Source: Ilumatobacteraceae bacterium
Lineage (GTDB): Bacteria; Actinomycetota; Acidimicrobiia; Acidimicrobiales; Ilumatobacteraceae
Assembly: GCA_044351505.1 (NCBI GenBank)
Contig: JBILFO010000001.1
Span: 1-46,398, forward strand
DNA length: 46,398 bases
Reading direction: 5' to 3'
Shown here: positions 27,139 through 35,376 of the stretch, one piece after another
How positions within the stretch are numbered: the first letter of the stretch is position 1
Layout: every line of letters begins with the position of its first letter
Notes under the pieces: generated by a model
The model's input: the letters and a program-made list of their open reading frames with translations, nothing else
Told to the model about the DNA's origin: nothing
Database searches by the model: none
Position numbers and translations under genes: made by a program

Positions 27139-27906
27139 GTGGCGATTCTGGCAGGTAAGCGGCTCGTGATCACCGGAGTCTTGACGGACGCGTCGCTGGC
27201 ATTTGGTGTAGCCAAGCTCGCCCAAGAGCAAGGAGCCACGGTGATGCTGACCGGGGCCGGGCGGGGTTTGTCCATCACAGAGCGCACCGCCAAAAAACTC
27301 AGCACCGTGCCACATGTGGCCGAACTCGACGTAACAAACCCCGACCATGTGGCCACCGTGCGCGAAGCCGCTCGCCAACACTTGGGTGGCGTAGATGGCG
27401 TTTTGCATTCGATCGGGTTTGCACCCGCAGCTTGTTTGGGTGATGACCTGATGGCTGCCACCTGGGAAGACGTATCCGTGGCCGTGCAGGTGTCGGCCTA
27501 TTCGTTGAAGACATTGGCCGATGCATTCGTACCTCTCATGACCGATGGCGGCAGCATCGTCGGGCTCGACTTTGACAACACCGTGGCGTGGCCGGCCTAC
27601 AACTGGATGGGAGTCGCCAAGTCGGCTCTCGAGTCCACCAGCCGCTACCTCGCCCGCGAACTTGGCCCACGCAATATTCGCTGCAACCTCGTTGCTGCCG
27701 GCCCGATTCGCACGATGGCGGCCAAGTCGATTCCTTCGTTTGCCCAGTTCGAAGACCTGTGGAGTGCGCGCGCACCCCTGGGATGGGACATCCACGATTC
27801 GTCGGCTGTGGCTCGTGCATGTTGTGCGCTGTTGTCTGATTGGTTTCCGGCCACGACGGGCGAAATCGTGCACGTCGACGGCGGATACCACGCCGTTGGC
27901 GCCTGA
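27139..27906 (+). CDS. inhA: NADH-dependent enoyl-[acyl-carrier-protein] reductase (InhA/FabI)
   Basis: Collinear with M. tuberculosis InhA (GKRLVITGVLTDASLAFGVAKLAQEQGA, VLHSIGF, PAYNWMGVAKSALES, NLVAAGPIRT, ALLSDWFPATTGEIVHVDGG). GTG 27139 is the only in-frame start near the homology onset. Confidence 0.85.
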   Translation: MAILAGKRLVITGVLTDASLAFGVAKLAQEQGATVMLTGAGRGLSITERTAKKLSTVPHVAELDVTNPDHVATVREAARQHLGGVDGVLHSIGFAPAACLGDDLMAATWEDVSVAVQVSAYSLKTLADAFVPLMTDGGSIVGLDFDNTVAWPAYNWMGVAKSALESTSRYLARELGPRNIRCNLVAAGPIRTMAAKSIPSFAQFEDLWSARAPLGWDIHDSSAVARACCALLSDWFPATTGEIVHVDGGYHAVGA

Positions 27907-27913
27907 GTACCCC

Positions 27914-29905
27914 ATGAACAGACTCGCCCACGAGTCATCGCCATATTTGCGCCAGCATCGCGACAACCCCGTGGATTGGTGGGCATGGGGCGATGCGGCA
28001 TTTGCCGAAGCCAATCGCCGCGATGTGCCGGTGTTGCTGTCGGTGGGTTACTCGGCTTGCCACTGGTGTCACGTGATGGCGCACGAATGTTTTGAAGATG
28101 TCGAGGTCGCAGGGGTAATGAACGAGTTGTTCGTCAATGTAAAAGTCGACCGCGAAGAACGCCCCGACGTCGACAGTGTGTACATGGACGCCGTGCAGGC
28201 CATGACCGGGCGCGGCGGCTGGCCGATGACGGTGTTTCTTACCCCCGATGCACAGCCATTCTTTGGGGGCACCTACTACCCCAAGCCCACGTTCTTGCAG
28301 TTGATGACCGCGATCAACGATGCGTGGCGCGATCGGCGCTCCGATATCGACAGCAACGTTTCGGCGTTGGTAGAAAACATCGCCCGCACGTCGCGCATTA
28401 CCGCCAACCCCGACCTACCGAGCATCGAGGCGTTCGTCGCAGCCGCCGAACAGCTCGAACAGTCGTTCGACGAAACTTGGGGAGGTTTTGGGGGCGCCCC
28501 TAAGTTCCCGTCCACGATGGCACTCGAGTTATTGCTGCGTGCATACATCAACGACGAATCGCCGCGCACGCACAGCATCATCACCACGACGCTCGATGCA
28601 ATGGCGTCAGGCGGCATGTACGACCACCTGGGTGGTGGCTTTGCGCGTTACAGCGTCGACGAAAAGTGGCTAGTGCCCCACTTTGAAAAAATGTTGTACG
28701 ACCAGGCTTTGTTGCTACGCCCGTATTTGCACGCATCATTGGTCTTGCGCGAACCACGATGGCGCCAGGTGGTACAAGAAACCATCGGCTATGTGCTGCG
28801 CGACCTGCGCTCACCTGAAGGCGCGTTCTACAGCGCCGAAGATGCAGACTCACTCGATGAATCTGGCCATTCACATGAAGGACACTTTTATGTGTTCACC
28901 CCCGACCAGGTGCGCCGCATCATTCCAGAGCACTTAGTGCAAAAAGCACTCGACTGGTACGAAATCACTGACACGGGCAACTTCGAGGGCAAGTCAATTC
29001 CTTGCCGACTCGAGCACCGCGGTGCGCTCGAACGCGACGACGACATCGAAACCATCCGCCGACTCTTGTTGGCTGCCCGCAATACTCGACATCGCCCCGG
29101 CCTTGACGACAAGGTGATTACCGAGTGGAACGCACTCATGATTTCCTCGCTGACTGAAGCAGCCGCCGCATACACCAACGACGAGTGGGCCACAGCCGCG
29201 CAACAAGCTGGCAACTTCGTGGCCACCACGATGCGCCGCAGCGACGGCCGTTGGCTGCGCACCTGGCACCGCGATGCGACACCAAAACATCTGGCAATGG
29301 CTGCCGACTTAGCGAACTTGGTCGACGCGTTCACGCGGTTGTACGAACTCTCCGGTGTGGCGCGGTGGATCACTCTGGCCCGCGAAGCAGCCGATCAGTT
29401 GCTGGCATTCCACTGGGATGACGCCGAAGGTGGGTTGTTCACCACCCCCCACGATGGCGAGAAACTCATCGTGCGCCAAAAAGATCTGATTGACAACGCC
29501 ACACCGTCAGCCAACTCGGTGGCCGCACTTGCTTTGCAGCGTCTGGCCGCTCTTACTGGCGCCGAGCATTATCGCGAACATGCCGATGGCATCTTCAAGT
29601 TGCTCACCCGCGTGGTGGGCAACGCTCCAACGGCATTCCCCCACCTGCTCTGTGCGTTGCACCTGCGACATGTTGGGGCGACCGAAGTTGTCATCACCGG
29701 CAAGCGCGGAGAATTCGTGCAATACCTACAAACACAGTGGCTACCTACCGTGGTGTTGGCTTGGGGCGAATCGTTCGATTCTCCACTGTTTGCCCATCGC
29801 CGCGACGGCTTGGCTTATGTCTGTCGGCAGTACGCCTGTCAGGCGCCAGCAGCAACTCGTGATGAGCTCATTGCCGCTCTACGTGTGGCACTCTCGGCAA
29901 ACTAG
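27914..29905 (+). CDS. thioredoxin-domain-containing protein (DUF255/YyaL family; N-terminal thioredoxin-like domain plus alpha/alpha-toroid domain)
   Basis: ATG 27914 checked. MNRLAHESSPYLRQHRDNPVDWWAWG...SVGYSACHWCHVMAHE signature. 663 aa. The 5' 123 codons of the track ORF overlap inhA and are dropped. Confidence 0.8.
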   Translation: MNRLAHESSPYLRQHRDNPVDWWAWGDAAFAEANRRDVPVLLSVGYSACHWCHVMAHECFEDVEVAGVMNELFVNVKVDREERPDVDSVYMDAVQAMTGRGGWPMTVFLTPDAQPFFGGTYYPKPTFLQLMTAINDAWRDRRSDIDSNVSALVENIARTSRITANPDLPSIEAFVAAAEQLEQSFDETWGGFGGAPKFPSTMALELLLRAYINDESPRTHSIITTTLDAMASGGMYDHLGGGFARYSVDEKWLVPHFEKMLYDQALLLRPYLHASLVLREPRWRQVVQETIGYVLRDLRSPEGAFYSAEDADSLDESGHSHEGHFYVFTPDQVRRIIPEHLVQKALDWYEITDTGNFEGKSIPCRLEHRGALERDDDIETIRRLLLAARNTRHRPGLDDKVITEWNALMISSLTEAAAAYTNDEWATAAQQAGNFVATTMRRSDGRWLRTWHRDATPKHLAMAADLANLVDAFTRLYELSGVARWITLAREAADQLLAFHWDDAEGGLFTTPHDGEKLIVRQKDLIDNATPSANSVAALALQRLAALTGAEHYREHADGIFKLLTRVVGNAPTAFPHLLCALHLRHVGATEVVITGKRGEFVQYLQTQWLPTVVLAWGESFDSPLFAHRRDGLAYVCRQYACQAPAATRDELIAALRVALSAN

Positions 29906-29916
29906 CCGGAGCTGCC

Positions 29917-29934
29917 GCCGGCAACCGAGCCGGC
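29917..29934. terminator. GC hairpin between convergent yyaL-like and nitroreductase genes
   Basis: gccggc-aaccga-gccggc (6-bp stem, 6-nt loop) within the 35-nt convergent gap 29906-29940. No U-tract on either side. Confidence 0.3.
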
Positions 29935-29940
29935 AACACT

Positions 29941-30561
29941 TCACCAAGCGTTGTAGTGCACGATCTGGTCGACTGATGCTCGCGGTCGCTGAGCACTGGC
30001 CCCAGCAGTAAACGCTGGCTCATTGTCGGTCGATGATCGCTCGTAGCCAAGTGCCAATGCCCCGATGAGCTGCAAAGAATCGGGAATCGATAGTGCGGCG
30101 CGCAACTCGCTCTCACCGCGGAACACTCCAAAGAACAACGCGCCGAGGCCGACGTCGTGGGCCGCCAACAACAGAGTCATCGTGGCGAACGATGCGTCGA
30201 CAGTCCAGTACGGAGTCGGCCACGCCGATGTGGACGCGCCGAGACCAGTTTTCTCTTTGTCACTTTCGGCGTATCGGTCGAGATACGCCTGAGGGTCAGC
30301 AAACGACAAGGCAATGACCGGTGCGGCAAACAGATGCTGCCAACGAAAAGTTGAACGCGTTTCGGCAGTCATTGTTGCCGACCAAAATGTTTCAGTGCTG
30401 GCACCTTCAAGCACCACCAAACTCCAGCCCTGGGTTTTGCCCGCCGACGGCGACCGTGATGCCGTGTCAACAAGTTGTGTCAACAACGCGCGGTCAATCG
30501 GCGTGGATTCAAATGCACGCACCATTCGGCGCGAAGCAACCAGACGGTGCAGGTCGCTCAC
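29941..30561 (-). CDS. nitroreductase family protein
   Basis: RRMVRAFESTPIDRALLTQLVDTASRSPSAGKTQGW is a typical nitroreductase N-terminus. Proposed GTG start 30561 lies 12 nt after the upstream stop; the track start at 30618 would overlap the upstream gene by 46 nt. Confidence 0.75.
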   Translation of the reverse strand: MSDLHRLVASRRMVRAFESTPIDRALLTQLVDTASRSPSAGKTQGWSLVVLEGASTETFWSATMTAETRSTFRWQHLFAAPVIALSFADPQAYLDRYAESDKEKTGLGASTSAWPTPYWTVDASFATMTLLLAAHDVGLGALFFGVFRGESELRAALSIPDSLQLIGALALGYERSSTDNEPAFTAGASAQRPRASVDQIVHYNAW

Positions 30562-30572
30562 AGCGACGCGAC

Positions 30573-31226
30573 TTAACGCTTCTTGCCGAGTTTGGCGAGC
30601 GACTCGGCCATCGTCCATCCGTGAACGATGAGCACGCCGCCCTTGGCCACGTTGACACCTTTAAAGAATGCTGCAACCTCGGCTGCGATCTTGGGCTTCT
30701 TCACTGGCTCGTAGTCGATGAAACCAGATTGGGCATTGGCCTTGGCAATGAACGTGGCGGGGTCGTACTGCGGCTCAATTGCGTAGCGGCGCGCCAACCT
30801 GCGGCCCCAGGCACGCTCTTCGCCGACGGCGTTGTACTTGGGTCGCGGAATCACGCTGGTGACGGCCGCGAAGGCTTCGAGACCGGCAGCTGTCACGAAT
30901 CGTGCACCGATAACCACGTCTTCGTCGGGAAACGCCATGAGTGCGCGGTGATACGCCTCCGTCATGAGGCCTTTCATGGCGAGGTCACGCTTGGCGGCTG
31001 GCTTCACACTGAGCAGACCCATCACCACACACGGTGTGCCACCCAAACGCTCGAGTGTGAGGAACATAAAGCCCACCAGCGTCTTGCCGTCGTAAGCGGT
31101 GGTGGCCAGTACCCACGAGTCTTTGGCTTTAGAGACGGCACCAATACCAAAAGCGCCACCCATGGCTGCAAATTCGTCAAGGTCGGCGTCGGTCAACGCG
31201 CTCGCATCGCGAGTAGCGATTTTCAC
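30573..31226 (-). CDS. hypothetical protein (217 aa, possibly a GNAT-like fold)
   Basis: GTG start 31226, preceded by GAAGGGG. Codon usage read by eye resembles the neighbouring genes. I recognise no signature motif. Confidence 0.6.
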   Translation of the reverse strand: MKIATRDASALTDADLDEFAAMGGAFGIGAVSKAKDSWVLATTAYDGKTLVGFMFLTLERLGGTPCVVMGLLSVKPAAKRDLAMKGLMTEAYHRALMAFPDEDVVIGARFVTAAGLEAFAAVTSVIPRPKYNAVGEERAWGRRLARRYAIEPQYDPATFIAKANAQSGFIDYEPVKKPKIAAEVAAFFKGVNVAKGGVLIVHGWTMAESLAKLGKKR

Positions 31227-31266
31227 CCCTTCAGTGTGCCAGCAAAAAAGCCGAATATGACACGCA

Positions 31267-31280
31267 CATACACGTGTATG
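31267..31280. promoter_or_regulatory. perfect 14-bp palindrome CATACACGTGTATG in the dnaE / hypothetical-gene spacer
   Basis: Read directly at 31267-31280, 3 nt downstream of the dnaE stop (31284-31286). A CATATT -10-like hexamer lies 10 nt further downstream on the minus strand. Confidence 0.3.
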
Positions 31281-31283
31281 CGA

Positions 31284-34200
31284 TTACTGAATGGACACTG
31301 CCTCGCCGAACTTGGCACGCAGCAAGCCAATGACTCGACCAATATCCACCGAATGTTCGGCGCCCAATGCCACAACTTTGTTACCGAAAGTAAGGAACAC
31401 CGGCGAGTCACCTGGATGCATTTCGATGAGTGCGCGCACGTCGCCCACCTCTTCATTTGTCACGGGTCGGCGGGCAAAGTCAATATGCAGCGACTCGATA
31501 CCAGTTTTGGGTACATCCACCACAGTGATATCTGCAGCCATGAGCGTGGCTCGTGCTTCATCGCGACGATCAAGACGCCCACGCACGATGATAATTTGGT
31601 CGTCGACAACGAGGTGGCCTTGAGTGGCGAACAATCGAGGAAACACCGTGACCTCAATGGCACCAGCCAGATCTTCGAGCGTGAAGGTGCCCATTTGCTC
31701 ACCTTTGCGAGTCATCTTGCGATCAACACCAGAAATCACACCACCGAGCGTGATGTTGTCTTCAGTTCGGTCAGGCACTTCAACGATCGGACACGTAATG
31801 CGCCGACCCATGATGGATTCAAGTCCGCGCAGCGGATGGTCGCTGACATAAAAGCCGAGCATTTCTTTTTCGAGACGCAACTGCTCGGCTTTGTCGAACT
31901 CCAACACGGGGATTTCGGTTTTCTCCGTGTAGCCACCTTCTTCGACGGGTGAGTCACCAAACAAACTCATCACTCCTTGATCGCGTTCGCGGCGACGCAC
32001 CAACGCTTGATCGACGAGCGACTCGAACACCAGTAGCAAGCCACGCCGGGGGTGCTTCATCGAGTCGAAAGCGCCAGCCTTGATGAGCGACTCGAGCGTG
32101 CGCTTGTTGAGCGCCTGTTCGGGCACTCGGTTGATCAAATCGTAGAACGACGCGAACTTGCCCGAGGCCTCACGCTCGGCAACGATGAGCGTCGCTGCCC
32201 CTTCGCCCACGTTGCGGATGCTCGACAAACCAAAACTCACGGCCGACTCACCGGCCACCGGCGCGAAGTCCACACCCGACTCGTTGATGTCTGGCGTGCG
32301 GACCACCACTCCATTGGCCCCAGCATCCGACAAATACAGAGCGGCTCTGTCGTTGTTGCCCTTTACCGAGGTGAGCAAGCAGGCAAAGTAATCGACGGTG
32401 TGATGCGCCTTCAGCCAGGCGGTCTGAAACGTGATGAGCCCGTACCCGAAGGCGTGGCTCTTGGTGAAGGCATAGTCAGCGAACTTTTCGATGATGCCAA
32501 ACAATTCGCGACCGAGCGATTCGCCGTAGCCGTTGGTGGCACATCCACCGACGAACTTTGGTCGCTGCTCGGCCATTGCCACTGCATCTTTTTTGGCACA
32601 GGCCTTGCGCAACGAATCGGCTTCGGCAAGGGTGTAGCCGGCAAATTTTTGCGCCACTCGCATGATGCTTTCTTGGTAGATCATGAGCCCGTAGGTGTCA
32701 CCAAGCACCTCAGTGGCATCTTGGTGAAAAAAGCGTGCCGGCTTACGCTCATTTTTGAAATCCGCGTAGTCGTTGTGCATGTTTTCAGCCATTGGGCCCG
32801 GTCGGTACAACGCCAAAACAGCGGCGACATCTTCAAATCGGCGCGGCACGAGCGAACGCAACAACGCCCGCATCGGGGTGGATTCAAGCTGAAAGACCCC
32901 AATGGTGTTGGCACTGGCCAGCAATTGAAAGGTCTTGGGGTCATCGAGCGGAATATTTGAGATATTGAAGTCGGGTTGTTTGCGCTGAATGAGTTTTTCG
33001 GCATCGGTGATGACGTCGAGGTTGCGCAGCCCGAGGATGTCCATTTTCAACAACCCCAGCGATTCCACCCCGTGCATTTCGTATTGGGTAACCACAGGTG
33101 AATCTTCGGGCTTTTGCCCAGCCTCGGGTTTGCGCTGAATCGGCAAATACTCAGTGAGTGGTTCCTTGGTGATAACGACGGCCGCAGCGTGAATACCCAC
33201 TGAGCGCTTCAAACCCTCGAGCCCGCGCGCCACATCAACCACGCGCTTGGCATCGACATCGGTGTCGCATAGCGCCCGCAGATCGGCAGCCGCGCGGAAT
33301 CCATCCATGTGTTTTTCGTTTTGCTCGAAGCAATATCGCAGCGGCGTATCCCGGCCCATCACCACGGGCGGCATCAACTTCGCGATGCGATCCCCCGTTG
33401 CATACGGATGCCCGAGCACTCGGGCAGCATCGCGCACCGCATTGCGGGCCTTGATGGTTCCGAACGTGATGATCTGGGCCACGTGGTCGCGCCCGTATTT
33501 TTCAGCGGCATAGCGAATCATCTCGTCGCGGTAACGCGAGTCGAAGTCCATATCGATATCGGGCATCGTGACACGGTCCGGGTTCAAGAAGCGTTCGAAC
33601 AGCAAGTCGTACTTCACTGGGTCGAGATCGGTGATGCGCAAGGCATAGGCAACTGCGCACCCGGCTGCCGAACCTCGTCCGGGGCCGACCCGAATGCCCT
33701 GCTCTCGGGCATGGCGAATGAGATCCCACACGATGAGGAAATACGACGCAAAGCCCATGTCACAAATGACCTTGAGTTCGTACGCCAACCGTTCGACCAC
33801 TGCCTTCGGCACCTCGGCACCCCATCGCTGCGTGGCACCGGAGCGCGTCAAGTGCTCAAGGTACGCACGATCATCATTGAACCCGGCCGGGATCGGAAAG
33901 TCGGGCAATACATACTTGCCGAATTCGATGGTGGTGTTGGCCCGCTCAGCAATCCACAGCGTGTTGTCGCATGCATCCGGCGTTTCTCGAAACAGCTGAC
34001 GCATCTCTACGGCCGTCTTGAGATAGTGCTCTTCGCCTTCGAACTTGAATCGCTTGGGGTCGGCAATGGTGCAACCCGTTTGCACACACAGCAATGCGTC
34101 ATGGGCTTGTGCGTCGTGCCGATGCACGTAATGCGAGTCATTGGTGGCCAAGAGTGGCGCATCAATTTCGCGGGCAATCTTGATGAGGTCGGCCATGGTT

Positions 34201-34799
34201 CGACGCTGATCGGCGATGCCATGATCTTGCAGCTCGATGAACATGTTGTCGCGCCCGAAGATTTCTTGCAGCCGCGCAGCGGTGCGCTTGGCTTCGTCGT
34301 AGTCATTGCGCAACAGCGCCTGCAACACATGGCCACCGAGGCATCCAGTGGTGGCGATGATTCCTTCATGGTGACGATCCAGCAACTCCCAGTCCATACG
34401 CGGCTGGTAGTAGTAGCCCTCCAAGAACGCCTGGCTCGACAGCTTGATGAGGTTGCGATAGCCCGTGTTGTTTTCACACAACAACGTCATGTGGTAATAC
34501 AACTTGCGACCTGCTTCGGTGTCGCCGCCCGAGTCGTCCACTTTGGCACCGCGTCGTTGCGGCCGCTCAAAGCGCGACTCATAGGCCATGTATGCCTCAG
34601 TGCCGATGATGGGGTTGATGCCAGCGCGACGAGCCGTTTGATAAAACTCAAGAACTCCGTACATGTTGCCGTGGTCGGTGATACCGATGGCCGACTGGCC
34701 GTCGCTGACGGCGCGTTCGATCAGATCATCAACTCGAGCGGCCCCGTCGAGCATTGAAAACTCGGTATGCACATGAAGGTGAGTGAAAGAAGACGACAT
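31284..34799 (-). CDS. dnaE: DNA polymerase III subunit alpha (DnaE1)
   Basis: Internal ATG 34799 checked. PHP domain FTHLHVHTEFSMLDGA, polymerase core, HhH and OB-fold regions. 1171 aa. Confidence 0.95.
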   Translation of the reverse strand: MSSSFTHLHVHTEFSMLDGAARVDDLIERAVSDGQSAIGITDHGNMYGVLEFYQTARRAGINPIIGTEAYMAYESRFERPQRRGAKVDDSGGDTEAGRKLYYHMTLLCENNTGYRNLIKLSSQAFLEGYYYQPRMDWELLDRHHEGIIATTGCLGGHVLQALLRNDYDEAKRTAARLQEIFGRDNMFIELQDHGIADQRRTMADLIKIAREIDAPLLATNDSHYVHRHDAQAHDALLCVQTGCTIADPKRFKFEGEEHYLKTAVEMRQLFRETPDACDNTLWIAERANTTIEFGKYVLPDFPIPAGFNDDRAYLEHLTRSGATQRWGAEVPKAVVERLAYELKVICDMGFASYFLIVWDLIRHAREQGIRVGPGRGSAAGCAVAYALRITDLDPVKYDLLFERFLNPDRVTMPDIDMDFDSRYRDEMIRYAAEKYGRDHVAQIITFGTIKARNAVRDAARVLGHPYATGDRIAKLMPPVVMGRDTPLRYCFEQNEKHMDGFRAAADLRALCDTDVDAKRVVDVARGLEGLKRSVGIHAAAVVITKEPLTEYLPIQRKPEAGQKPEDSPVVTQYEMHGVESLGLLKMDILGLRNLDVITDAEKLIQRKQPDFNISNIPLDDPKTFQLLASANTIGVFQLESTPMRALLRSLVPRRFEDVAAVLALYRPGPMAENMHNDYADFKNERKPARFFHQDATEVLGDTYGLMIYQESIMRVAQKFAGYTLAEADSLRKACAKKDAVAMAEQRPKFVGGCATNGYGESLGRELFGIIEKFADYAFTKSHAFGYGLITFQTAWLKAHHTVDYFACLLTSVKGNNDRAALYLSDAGANGVVVRTPDINESGVDFAPVAGESAVSFGLSSIRNVGEGAATLIVAEREASGKFASFYDLINRVPEQALNKRTLESLIKAGAFDSMKHPRRGLLLVFESLVDQALVRRRERDQGVMSLFGDSPVEEGGYTEKTEIPVLEFDKAEQLRLEKEMLGFYVSDHPLRGLESIMGRRITCPIVEVPDRTEDNITLGGVISGVDRKMTRKGEQMGTFTLEDLAGAIEVTVFPRLFATQGHLVVDDQIIIVRGRLDRRDEARATLMAADITVVDVPKTGIESLHIDFARRPVTNEEVGDVRALIEMHPGDSPVFLTFGNKVVALGAEHSVDIGRVIGLLRAKFGEAVSIQ

Positions 34800-34863
34800 C
34801 GCAGGAATGCCGAGAGTACCAGCGGGGTCTGGGGGCTGGCGTGACCAGCGAGTTATTGCGGAA

Positions 34864-35367
34864 TTAGATGTACGTGCCGGGGCGATCAGGCACACCAGCG
34901 CCAGACGCTGGCAGCTGACGCATTTGTTCGAGCTGCGTGCGGGCGGCTAACTGCTGGGCAAACAGCGTGGCCTGAATTCCGTGGAAAAGGCCTTCTAGCC
35001 AACCGACTAGTTGGGCTTTGGCCACGCGCAACTCGGCTTCGCTCGGCGCGTCACCTTCTTTGAACGGCAGCGCAAGTGTGCGCAACTCTTCTTGCAGATC
35101 GGGCGAAATGGCTTCGGCCAACTCGACGATGGACCGCTCATAAATTTCGGCGAGCCGTTCGCGACTTGGCAAATCCAGTTCCATCTGGCGAACTTCTTCC
35201 AACAACCCCTTAATCATCGAGCCGATACGCATCACCTTGGCCGGCTCTTGCACCGTTTCTTTGCCATCGCCCGAGTCGGCTGCGACGAGGTCTCCGTTAG
35301 CTGCTTTAGCGGTAGGCATGCCGTCAAGTAGTTCGCCGCGTTGAGGGTTGGTGTCACTCATCGTCAC
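34864..35367 (-). CDS. bpa: bacterial proteasome activator Bpa/PafE family protein
   Basis: EQPAKVMRIGSMIKGLLEEVR, ELRVAKAQLVGWLEGLFHGIQATLFAQQLAAR and a C-terminal ...GTYI are collinear with M. tuberculosis Rv3780, which ends GQYL. The start is GTG 35367 or ATG 35361. Confidence 0.75.
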   Translation of the reverse strand: MTMSDTNPQRGELLDGMPTAKAANGDLVAADSGDGKETVQEPAKVMRIGSMIKGLLEEVRQMELDLPSRERLAEIYERSIVELAEAISPDLQEELRTLALPFKEGDAPSEAELRVAKAQLVGWLEGLFHGIQATLFAQQLAARTQLEQMRQLPASGAGVPDRPGTYI

Positions 35368-35376
35368 ATAGTTCTA

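Noticed and set aside
27121-28014. The 5' 298 codons of the 520-aa minus-strand ORF 26452..28014.
   Set aside because: This part is antisense to inhA and the yyaL-like gene, both with strong homology. Recognisable NpdG homology, including the Rossmann motif, begins exactly at internal ATG 27120.
30321-31952. 543-aa plus-strand ORF, the longest unexplained ORF in the track.
   Set aside because: It is entirely antisense to the well-supported nitroreductase, 217-aa and dnaE genes. It has no recognisable motif and a low-complexity, Arg/His/Gly-rich composition. Long antisense open frames are expected in GC-rich DNA.
33309-34757. 482-aa plus-strand ORF.
   Set aside because: It is antisense to the dnaE PHP and polymerase core, whose homology is unambiguous. 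It shows no domain signature.
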